From assembly GCA_963666275.2 (NCBI GenBank), contig CAXXOA010000001.1:1120001-1184000 (forward strand): 64,000 bases of DNA, read 5' to 3'. Shown here in pieces: positions 48,438 through 56,710 of the stretch (position 1 is the first letter of the stretch; the number at the start of each line of letters is the position of its first letter). This stretch comes from Oceanispirochaeta sp. (GTDB lineage: Bacteria; Spirochaetota; Spirochaetia; DSM-2461). The position numbers and the translations under genes were made by a program. Below the pieces are notes generated by a model that was not told where the DNA came from, did not search any database, and was given only the letters and a program-made list of their open reading frames with translations.

Positions 48438-48460
48438 ACCGGAGGAGTTTCTCCTCCGGT
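48438..48460 (+). terminator. intergenic stem-loop between the TAXI binding-protein and permease genes
   Basis: ACCGGAGGAG-ttt-CTCCTCCGGT perfect 10-bp stem with only a weak U tract; may be a stabiliser or partial terminator. Confidence 0.6.
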
Positions 48461-48484
48461 ATTATAATTACAAAAGGATCTATT

Positions 48485-50563
48485 ATGTTAAAAGAACTGG
48501 AAACCGAACAGAATGATGCGGATCTGGAAAAAGCACAGAAAATTGTCGATGAAGCGGAAGGGGGAACCAGAGATGTCTCTGCCGGATTGTCCCGCTGGCT
48601 TATCCCTGTGATCGCAGTATCCTGGTCTGTTTTTCAGCTGCTGATTTCTTCAGTGATTCTCATGGAGAGCACTATTGTCAGAGCTATTCATCTGGCATTT
48701 TCCATCTGTCTGGTTTTTCTCAGCCATCCCTTATTTAAAAAACCGAAAAAAAACCGTTTTCTCAATTATTTTGCCAACACCGACCGCTATTCGGCGGTTG
48801 ATATCATAGTAACCATCGGCGCCACGCTTCTGGCCCTCTACATCGCTATCGATTACGTGGGAATCAGCGGCAGACAGGGGGCTCCCATATTCAGGGATAT
48901 CCTGTTCGGCTTTATTCTGGTTATACTTCTCCTTGAAGCGGCCCGGAGATCTCTGGGACCGGCGCTTCCCATCGTTGCCATAATTTTTATCCTCTACAGT
49001 TTTTTCGGCCCCTATATGCCCTCTGTTCTGGCTTTCAAGGGAGTCTCCATAAAACGGTTCATCGGTCAGATAACCCTGGCAACAGAAGGGATCTACGGTG
49101 TTCCTCTGGATGTTTCGGCAACCATCGTGTTTCTGTTCGTTCTTTTCGGGGCCATGCTCGACAAGGCGGGGGCCGGTAAGTATTTTGTTGATCTGGCTTT
49201 CAGCCTGCTGGGGCGCTACAAGGGCGGTCCTGCCAAAGCAGCCGTTCTTGCCAGCGGTCTGACCGGTATGGTTTCGGGTTCCAGTATTGCCAATACGGTT
49301 ACCACGGGAACATTCACCATCCCTCTTATGAAAAGCGTCGGCTATCCGGCCCATAAAGCCGGAGCTGTCGAAGTAGCCTGCAGTACCAACGGTCAGCTCA
49401 TGCCTCCCATTATGGGGGCGGCGGCCTTTATAATTGCCGAATACTGTAATCTGGAGTATGTGGAAGTGATCAGAGCGGCTTTTATCCCCGCCGTGGTCTC
49501 CTACATAGCTCTTATGTATATTACTCACCTGGAAGCTTCCAAGCTGGGTCTGAAAGGGATTCCCAAAGAGGAACTGCCCCGGTTCTGGAACACCTTCATT
49601 AAGGGAGTTCATTTTCTCATTCCCCTGGTTTTTCTGATTGTGGAACTGGTTGTGTTCAGACACTCTCCCGCCCTGGCCGCTTTCCGGGCCATTATGGCTC
49701 TGGCTGTTCTGATTGTACTTCAGAACCTCTACAAAGCCAGGAAATCAGGCGGATCCTATGCAAAGGCCTTAAAACATGCGGTTTATCAGATCCTGACTTC
49801 CCTGGAAGCCGGCGGAAAAAATATGATGGGGATCGGTGTCGCCGTTGCGTCCGCCGGAATTATCGTCGGTGTCGTGACTCTGGGACTGGGTGGTATTATC
49901 ACCGAGGTCATTGAAGTCCTTTCGGGAGGGAATTTCCTTCTTATCCTGATTATCACAGCCATTGCCAGTCTGATCCTGGGGATGGGGCTGCCTACAACAG
50001 CCAACTATATTGTTATGGCTTCTCTGACAGCTCCAGTTATTCTCACATTGGGAGCGAAAAACGGTATTGTCATTCCTCTGATTGCAGCTCATCTGTTTGT
50101 ATTTTTCTTCGGAATTCTGGCCGATGATACCCCCCCTGTAGGCCTGGCAGCCTTTGCCGCTTCGGCCATAGCCAAATCCGATCCCATTAAAACGGGAATT
50201 CAGGGATTCACCTATGATATCAGAACAGCGATTCTGCCTTTCATGTTCATTTTCAATACGGATCTTCTTCTGATCGGAGTGGACAGTTTTTTCAGGGGGG
50301 TCTGGATCTTCATTGCCGCCCTGTTTGCCATGTTTGCCTTTGCAGCACTGACACAGGGATTTTTTGCCAGGAAAAACCGCTGGTATGAAGGAATCCTGCT
50401 GGCCCTTGTGGTTCTCACACTGCTGCGGCCCTATATGATCAGCTCCTTCCTGGGAGTTCCCGACCTGTCCATTATTGTGGTCAACCTTGCCGGTATGGCT
50501 CTTATGGTGGGAATCTATCTGATCCAGAGGATGCGCCCTGAAGGAAAAACCGCGGTGGGTTGA
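48485..50563 (+). CDS. TRAP transporter 4TM/12TM fused permease
   Basis: GGPAKAAV, SGSSIAN.VTTG.FTIPLMK, PPIMGAAAF, LGMGLPTTANY and TPPV.LAAF. Confidence 0.94.
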   Translation: MLKELETEQNDADLEKAQKIVDEAEGGTRDVSAGLSRWLIPVIAVSWSVFQLLISSVILMESTIVRAIHLAFSICLVFLSHPLFKKPKKNRFLNYFANTDRYSAVDIIVTIGATLLALYIAIDYVGISGRQGAPIFRDILFGFILVILLLEAARRSLGPALPIVAIIFILYSFFGPYMPSVLAFKGVSIKRFIGQITLATEGIYGVPLDVSATIVFLFVLFGAMLDKAGAGKYFVDLAFSLLGRYKGGPAKAAVLASGLTGMVSGSSIANTVTTGTFTIPLMKSVGYPAHKAGAVEVACSTNGQLMPPIMGAAAFIIAEYCNLEYVEVIRAAFIPAVVSYIALMYITHLEASKLGLKGIPKEELPRFWNTFIKGVHFLIPLVFLIVELVVFRHSPALAAFRAIMALAVLIVLQNLYKARKSGGSYAKALKHAVYQILTSLEAGGKNMMGIGVAVASAGIIVGVVTLGLGGIITEVIEVLSGGNFLLILIITAIASLILGMGLPTTANYIVMASLTAPVILTLGAKNGIVIPLIAAHLFVFFFGILADDTPPVGLAAFAASAIAKSDPIKTGIQGFTYDIRTAILPFMFIFNTDLLLIGVDSFFRGVWIFIAALFAMFAFAALTQGFFARKNRWYEGILLALVVLTLLRPYMISSFLGVPDLSIIVVNLAGMALMVGIYLIQRMRPEGKTAVG

Positions 50564-50596
50564 TACCCTGGGTAATAGTATTCTATTATTCACCTG

Positions 50597-52255
50597 ATGG
50601 GCCGGATACAGAATCAGCGATTCAGTTTATACTACAGAAACGGTTACGCCATTCTCAGGGTTTTTCCCCCTGCATCACCGCAGGAACGCGTTTATGTGGA
50701 AGAGGTGGCAAACCGGATGAAGCTTCTTCAGATTCCCATGGTCAGAATGAAGCTTATTGAAGAGATCATTGAACGGGCCGACGGCGCCCGTGAGAAGCTT
50801 GTGGAATGGCCCGCCGGGGCCAGTCTGAGCCCCCATCTGAATATCCGCATTTCCGAAGACAGAATGCAGGCGGAAATTCTTATCGATCCCCCCCGTGTCG
50901 GAGGGGGGACGGTCACTCAGGAACAGTTTGAACATCTTTTGGACGATAACAGGATCACTTCCGGGATCGACTGGGATGTGGTCTCCTACTGCGTGGAGAA
51001 TGAAACCTACAACAAGTGGCTTATTATTGCCTCGGGCGAGCCGGCCGTCCACGGAAAAGGCGGCAGAATCCGCTATCATTTCAATACCGAAAGGGGCAAA
51101 CCCTTCAAAGAACTCTCCGGCGGCAGAATCGATCTGAAGGAACTCAACTTTATACAGTTTAAGCGGCAGGGGGATCTCCTGGCTCAGAGGCAGGATCCCG
51201 TCCTGCCCCGGGAAGGATTCAATATCTTTGGGGAAACTGTCCCGGCGGAACCCGCCGATGAAGGGGAAACCATGCAGGCCGGTAAAGGGACCGAGTACCG
51301 TGACGGGGCTATTTATGCCCTTGAAGACGGTAATGCCCGGCTTGAAAAAGGGGCTGTTATCATCGAGCCTGTGGTGACTGTCAACAATGTGGATTATGAG
51401 ACTGGCAACCTTGATTTTGACGGTTCTGTGATTGTAAAAGGCGCTGTGGCTGACGGTTTTTCCGTTAGGGTCAGCGGGGATGTGCAGGTGACAAAAAGCG
51501 TCGGCAGGGTTCATATCGAAGCCGGCAGGAATGTGATCCTCCAGTCGGGCATCAACGGTGATAAAGAAGGGAAAATTACTGCCGGCGGAGATATCTACGC
51601 CCGATTTGTAGAAAGTTCCCTTCTGAATTCCGCAGGGAGTCTTATTGTTACAGGTTCAATTCTTCACTCCACATTGAATATTTCGGGGCACCTCCTCCTG
51701 GAAGGGGGGCGCTGTGAAATCCTCGGCGGTCTGGCCATCGTGAAGGGCTGGGTCAAATGCCGGAAAATAGGCAGCCTCTATGAGACAAAGACCAATCTGA
51801 TAGTCGGTGTGGAACCGGAGGAGCTGGAGCAGTTTCTGGATCATCTGAAAAAGATGGAACAGCTGAGAGACCGGCAGGACAACCTGGACAGGCAGATTCA
51901 GTACTACTCCAAAAAGAAAAACTCCCTGGATGAGAAAGACAGTCTGATTCCCTCACAGATTGCGGTCCTTGAAAAGGAGGCCCGCATTGCCGCGGCTGAT
52001 ATCGAAAGGACTCACGAAGCCATCAAGAATATGAGAAAAAACCTGAATCCCGATCCGGACAGCTTTGTTCTGGCTGAAGATATGATCTATACAGGAAGCA
52101 AAATCAGTTTCGGACTTATCGATTTTATACCGGATTCCCGGGGAACCAGGAAAACAATCCTCCAGTGCCGGGAGGGCAGAATAAAGGAAACCGGATATAA
52201 TCCCGCTCAGATCCCCAGGGATATAGCGGAACTGTTGCCGGGAGATATCTCCTAA
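50597..52255 (+). CDS. FapA/DUF342-family protein
   Basis: ISEDRMQA, GRIDLKEL, VDYETGNLDFDGSV.VKG.V.DGF.V, beta-helix-like repeats and a coiled coil. Confidence 0.88.
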   Translation: MGRIQNQRFSLYYRNGYAILRVFPPASPQERVYVEEVANRMKLLQIPMVRMKLIEEIIERADGAREKLVEWPAGASLSPHLNIRISEDRMQAEILIDPPRVGGGTVTQEQFEHLLDDNRITSGIDWDVVSYCVENETYNKWLIIASGEPAVHGKGGRIRYHFNTERGKPFKELSGGRIDLKELNFIQFKRQGDLLAQRQDPVLPREGFNIFGETVPAEPADEGETMQAGKGTEYRDGAIYALEDGNARLEKGAVIIEPVVTVNNVDYETGNLDFDGSVIVKGAVADGFSVRVSGDVQVTKSVGRVHIEAGRNVILQSGINGDKEGKITAGGDIYARFVESSLLNSAGSLIVTGSILHSTLNISGHLLLEGGRCEILGGLAIVKGWVKCRKIGSLYETKTNLIVGVEPEELEQFLDHLKKMEQLRDRQDNLDRQIQYYSKKKNSLDEKDSLIPSQIAVLEKEARIAAADIERTHEAIKNMRKNLNPDPDSFVLAEDMIYTGSKISFGLIDFIPDSRGTRKTILQCREGRIKETGYNPAQIPRDIAELLPGDIS

Positions 52256-53136
52256 ACCGCCTTTTTTTTAAGATTTCCCAGAAGTATTCCTCCGACAATG
52301 GTGATCAGTCCCAGCAGGGTGGTCAGAAAAATCTTCTCTTTCAGGATAAGGCTGATCCAGAAGAGTGAGAGAAACGGTGACAGGTATACCAGATTCCCGA
52401 TATCCGCAGACCGGACGGAAAGATGCATAGCCGCTGACCATAAAGCAAAGGTTATTCCCATTTCAAAAAATCCCACATAAATAGTTGCTGTCAGGGCTTT
52501 TGCACTCCATACAGGCGGGGCGGGGGATGTCAGCAGACCTATGAGAAGAAGGACCGGAAGGGCACAGAGGAAGGTCTGAAACAGCCTTATGATCCGGTCG
52601 CCTTCTGTTTTTCGGTTGAATATCCAGTAGGATGCCCAGATCAGGGAGCTGAAAAGGGCCAGAGAGATCCCCGCAAGGGAATAGGAGGACTCTCCCCCGG
52701 AGCCGCTGCTGCTGATGAGCAGAACTCCGGCAAAACAGAGCCCCAGAGAAACAAAATCCAGAAGCTGAATCTTCTGACCCAGCAGGGGCGCTGAAAGGAG
52801 TATCAGTACGATGGGCCAGGTATAGTTCAGAGGCTGGGCTATCTGAGCCGGCAGCAGTTCGTAGCTTCTGAAGAGGACAAGATAGTAGAACACGGGATTC
52901 AGAAGCCCCAGTGCAAAAGACTGAAGCCACTGATTTCTTCCGGATTTCAGCAGTTCTCCTGTTCTTTTTCTCAAAAGAATGATGAGGAAAAGGGCCAGAA
53001 CCGACCAGAGGGTGGAGAATGCCAGCAGGTAGAAGGCATTCATGTATGTCAGGGCGATTTTAAAGGCTGTTGCCACTGTAGACCAGAGAAGAACGGCTGA
53101 AAGGGCAAAAAACAGCGCTCTGCCGGGGGCTTTCAA
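52252..53136 (-). CDS. EamA/DMT-family transporter
   Basis: Ten TM in two repeats; LLWSTVATAFK, AQPLNYTWP and YLSPFLS. Confidence 0.9.
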   Translation of the reverse strand: MKAPGRALFFALSAVLLWSTVATAFKIALTYMNAFYLLAFSTLWSVLALFLIILLRKRTGELLKSGRNQWLQSFALGLLNPVFYYLVLFRSYELLPAQIAQPLNYTWPIVLILLSAPLLGQKIQLLDFVSLGLCFAGVLLISSSGSGGESSYSLAGISLALFSSLIWASYWIFNRKTEGDRIIRLFQTFLCALPVLLLIGLLTSPAPPVWSAKALTATIYVGFFEMGITFALWSAAMHLSVRSADIGNLVYLSPFLSLFWISLILKEKIFLTTLLGLITIVGGILLGNLKKKAV

Positions 53137-53855
53137 CTTTTTTCCTTCAGGTACTGTATTTTCCGGAAGACCTTTTCCATATGCCGGGCTTCTTTCAGAC
53201 TGAGCCCCGCCCGGGCAAAGATGTCCCGGAAGTACTGTTTTGTCCCGAACCGGTCGGCTTTATCAAAATATCCAATGGTCTGAAGAGTGGAGTTGATAGT
53301 TTCGGAGAGTTCCTCTATCACAGAAAGCTCCACAGGCTGATACTGCCCGACTTTTTTTTCGCTCTGCCTGTAGAAAACATAGGAAAGGATCTGAACCGCA
53401 TGGGAGAGGTTCAAAGAGGGGTTTGCCGGATCGGCCGGTATATGACAGGCGGTTGTGCAGGCCGCCAGCTCCTCATCACTGAGGCCGTTTTTCTCATTTC
53501 CGAAGATCAGGGCAATGGTCCCCTCCGAATAGGACGCGGCTTTTTCCGCCAGTTCTTCAGGCAGATAGGAAAAGTACTTCCGGCGGCTGCCCCGCCTTCT
53601 TGTGATTCCTGCGGCCAGGACCGTATCTGCCAGGGCTTCCGGCAGAGTGGCGTATCTCTCCGCCATTTCGAAGACAGGCAGGGCGTGAATGGCCATATCC
53701 CGGAGATGTTTCCGGTTCAGTTCCGATACATCTCCTACCAGAGCCAGACGGTGGAGCCCCATATTTTCCATGACCCGGCAGACCGAACCCACATTCAGGC
53801 CCCCTTCGGGACGGCATAGAACAATTTTTATTCTGTTCAGAAAATCATTATCCAT
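53133..53855 (-). CDS. TrmJ/LasT-family RNA methyltransferase (SPOUT)
   Basis: IVLCRP...NVGSVCR.M.NMG, FGNEKNGLSDEEL and SLNLSHAVQ. Confidence 0.9.
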   Translation of the reverse strand: MDNDFLNRIKIVLCRPEGGLNVGSVCRVMENMGLHRLALVGDVSELNRKHLRDMAIHALPVFEMAERYATLPEALADTVLAAGITRRRGSRRKYFSYLPEELAEKAASYSEGTIALIFGNEKNGLSDEELAACTTACHIPADPANPSLNLSHAVQILSYVFYRQSEKKVGQYQPVELSVIEELSETINSTLQTIGYFDKADRFGTKQYFRDIFARAGLSLKEARHMEKVFRKIQYLKEKS

Positions 53856-53982
53856 AACCTAAAAGATATAACAGATTCTACTCCTTTTGAGAATCTTATT
53901 CATCCGTTTTATACTATACCTTTCCGGAGTGTCTGCTGAACAATACATCATTTTCAGGAGGGTTCACTCCGGGGCCTGGAGC

Positions 53983-55800
53983 CTATAAAGGCCGGCTGAA
54001 TATATACTCCATGAATACATCCAGAAGATCCGGATCAAAGAGTTTTCCCTTCTGGTTTTGCATAAACTCCCGGGTCTCTTCAATGGTAAATCCTTTCCTG
54101 TAGGGGCGGTCTTCTGTTATCGCATCAAATACATCGGCAATAGTGATGACCCGTGCCGCCAGGGGGATATCCTTTCCAGACAAACCTTCAGGATATCCTG
54201 TGCCGTCCCAGCGTTCGTGATGGTATAAAACAATATCCCGGACAGTCTGGAAATCCGGAACATCTTTGAGAATCTCGAATCCTCTGGAAGGGTGACTTTT
54301 AATTCGAGCGAATTCCTCATCACTTAGTTTGCCAGGTTTATCCAGAATATATTCGGGAATCGCGATTTTTCCTATATCATGCAGCAGGGCACCCATCCTG
54401 ATTCTATCCGAGAGATCCCTTTCCAGCCGGGCTGCCAGAGCAAGCCCCTCGGCCAGTTCGGCTACTCTGTCGCTATGACCGGCGGTCCAGCGGGATTTGG
54501 CATCCACGCTCCTTGTGAGGGAGAGGAAGAGCGCCTTATAGAGATCCTCCCGTTTTTCCATGTCCCTGAGGCTTTTCAGTGCCACACCGGCCTGATCGCT
54601 GAGCATAATAAGAGCTTCCCGGTCATGATCGCTCAGCTTTTCAAGTGAGATTATAAACACCCCGACAAACTGCTCCTCCTGGAGGAGGGGAATGCTGTAT
54701 ATCATGGAAAGGAGTTTTCCTCCGGGGATTACCTGTATTTTGTCGGGAAGGTTCACATGGGCGAATTCCAGGGGCTCTCCGGCGCTGGACAAAAGCTGTT
54801 TCGGAAGATCCTCATTCTTAATGAGCTTGTTTTCAAGTTCCGGAGTCCTCGGGGCTGTGGCAATAATCTGATACCCCTGGGGGACTTTCTCAAGGAGGGT
54901 CACTCCCGCCCGGTTGAACTGTTCTGAAATCAACCCTGTCACATCGTAAAGGAGTTGTCTGCGGGAAAGGGAGGAGAGTACAGCTCTGTCTATGCTGTTC
55001 ATTGTATTCATGGTCTGTATCCTGTGACGGATATTGCCTGCCATAATTTCCATGGCTCGGCAGAGCTGGCCTATATCATCCTTTCTTGAACAGTGCAGTT
55101 CAACATCCAGTTCTCCCTTTGCTATGGCAATGGCTTTATCAGCCATATACCTGATGGGCTTCACTAGCCTTGTGGCAAACAGAGACCCCAGCAGTGTCGA
55201 CAGGATGAGGACAGAAAAACTGAATGTAATGATCACATTTTTCTGCTGTTTTATAAAGTAAAGTAATCCGTCATGGCTGTGGGTTAGCCGGATTATATAG
55301 GTATTTCTATCAAAGGGAGAGGTTATATCAATAAAGATACTTTTACTCCCTTTCTGTCCGAAGTAGGGTTCCGAATCCAGGTCCACCCCTTTTCTGACGG
55401 CCCTTTCCAGTGCCAGCTTCAATTCTCTGCTATTGATTATAGTTCCGATCGGAACAGGAGCGGAAGATGCCATGACAGACCATTCAGAAGTATTTTCCTC
55501 CCTCATATAGAGGTTGAAGTGAAAATCCTCCAGATCCTCCGCAGGAAGGAATTTTTTCATCCGTTCCAGATAGAGAGTCCCTTTTTCGGGATGGCTTATA
55601 AAGGCGTCATATAGCCAGTCTTCTTCCGCATTGTTGTTGAAAAAGATCTCTTCAATGCCCTTTCGGGACTCCATCAGCAGTTTGACACTTGTAAAAAAGG
55701 TTGCCGACAGAAAAGAGAAATATCCTATTACAAGCCCGAAGAGTATAAACATAAGGGTGTGCTTGAAATGAAGAAGCTTGGAGGCAATACGGAATTCCAT
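53983..55800 (-). CDS. membrane sensor HAMP-GAF-HD-GYP phosphodiesterase
   Basis: Two TMs with a periplasmic loop, HAMP (RKDDIGQL), GAF-like region, TAGHSDRV, LHDIGK and HHERWDGTGYP. Confidence 0.9.
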   Translation of the reverse strand: MEFRIASKLLHFKHTLMFILFGLVIGYFSFLSATFFTSVKLLMESRKGIEEIFFNNNAEEDWLYDAFISHPEKGTLYLERMKKFLPAEDLEDFHFNLYMREENTSEWSVMASSAPVPIGTIINSRELKLALERAVRKGVDLDSEPYFGQKGSKSIFIDITSPFDRNTYIIRLTHSHDGLLYFIKQQKNVIITFSFSVLILSTLLGSLFATRLVKPIRYMADKAIAIAKGELDVELHCSRKDDIGQLCRAMEIMAGNIRHRIQTMNTMNSIDRAVLSSLSRRQLLYDVTGLISEQFNRAGVTLLEKVPQGYQIIATAPRTPELENKLIKNEDLPKQLLSSAGEPLEFAHVNLPDKIQVIPGGKLLSMIYSIPLLQEEQFVGVFIISLEKLSDHDREALIMLSDQAGVALKSLRDMEKREDLYKALFLSLTRSVDAKSRWTAGHSDRVAELAEGLALAARLERDLSDRIRMGALLHDIGKIAIPEYILDKPGKLSDEEFARIKSHPSRGFEILKDVPDFQTVRDIVLYHHERWDGTGYPEGLSGKDIPLAARVITIADVFDAITEDRPYRKGFTIEETREFMQNQKGKLFDPDLLDVFMEYIFSRPL

Positions 55801-55873
55801 AATAAAAAAATAGACAATACACCCGGGTTAAACAAGCTAAAAGTATGAATATGTTATGAAGCTTCTATGATTT

Positions 55874-56635
55874 TTAAGATTTCCTGTGCCAGATGAAATG
55901 GGTGTGTTCTCCCAGGCTGCTGAAGGGATCTGTTCTGTAGTGGAGGGATTCCTGTTCCACCCATTGGCTGCAGTCCATTTCAGGGGGCTTCCACTGGAGG
56001 AAAAAGCCCTGGAAAATCCTGATTCCCGACTGAAGAAGGATCTCTCCGGGAGGCCCCTCCTGCAGGATCTTCCTGATTTCTCCGGAACTCAGGGCGCCGG
56101 GGGGTGTGAGCTTCCTTTTTTTCTCCGGATGCTTTTTTCTCCTCACAAGCTGACCGTTGATCCCCTGTTTTAAAAGCATCTTATCTTTGTTGAAAACCAG
56201 AAGTGAGAGGTATCCTCCCGGGGCGGTCATTTCCATCATCGAACGGATGGTCCCGGAGGGGTTGCCTGTCCATTCGGCCGCTCCGTGGAGCAATACCAGA
56301 TCATACAGGCCCTGTTCCCCGGGAGTGAGGGTTTCAAGATCCTGATGGATAAGGTCTATCCGGTTCTGAAAGCCTGTCCGGATATTTTCCTCTTCCGCCA
56401 GGCCCAGCATGGTTTGTGAAAGATCACAGAGATGGATTTTATGGCCTCTGGCCGCACAGATCCGGGAGAACCGGCCTGATCCGCCGCCGGCGTCCAGGAT
56501 CTTCAGTTCCTTCTCTTCTGTGAAAGAGGGGACGGTATCGCAGAGATCCTTCTCCAGCAGGGTAAGGCGGATGCGGCCCTTGCAGGAGTTATAGACTTTT
56601 TTTTCCAGCCTTACGGCAAGGGCATCAAAATTCAT
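55874..56635 (-). CDS. class I SAM methyltransferase, CmoM/SmtA-like
   Basis: MNFD.LA..L.K.VY.S.KGRIR, ILDAGGG.G, CDLS..ML, SGIRIF and LGEHTH resemble SmtA/CmoM. Start moved to ATG 56635; the longer ORF overlaps the divergent gene. Confidence 0.8.
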   Translation of the reverse strand: MNFDALAVRLEKKVYNSCKGRIRLTLLEKDLCDTVPSFTEEKELKILDAGGGSGRFSRICAARGHKIHLCDLSQTMLGLAEEENIRTGFQNRIDLIHQDLETLTPGEQGLYDLVLLHGAAEWTGNPSGTIRSMMEMTAPGGYLSLLVFNKDKMLLKQGINGQLVRRKKHPEKKRKLTPPGALSSGEIRKILQEGPPGEILLQSGIRIFQGFFLQWKPPEMDCSQWVEQESLHYRTDPFSSLGEHTHFIWHRKS

Positions 56636-56710
56636 ACAGATCGATATTTTACAAAAAAATCCCTGAAAAATCCAAGCGCCCTGAATGAAGCTCTGATAAG
56701 GTAAAACTCT

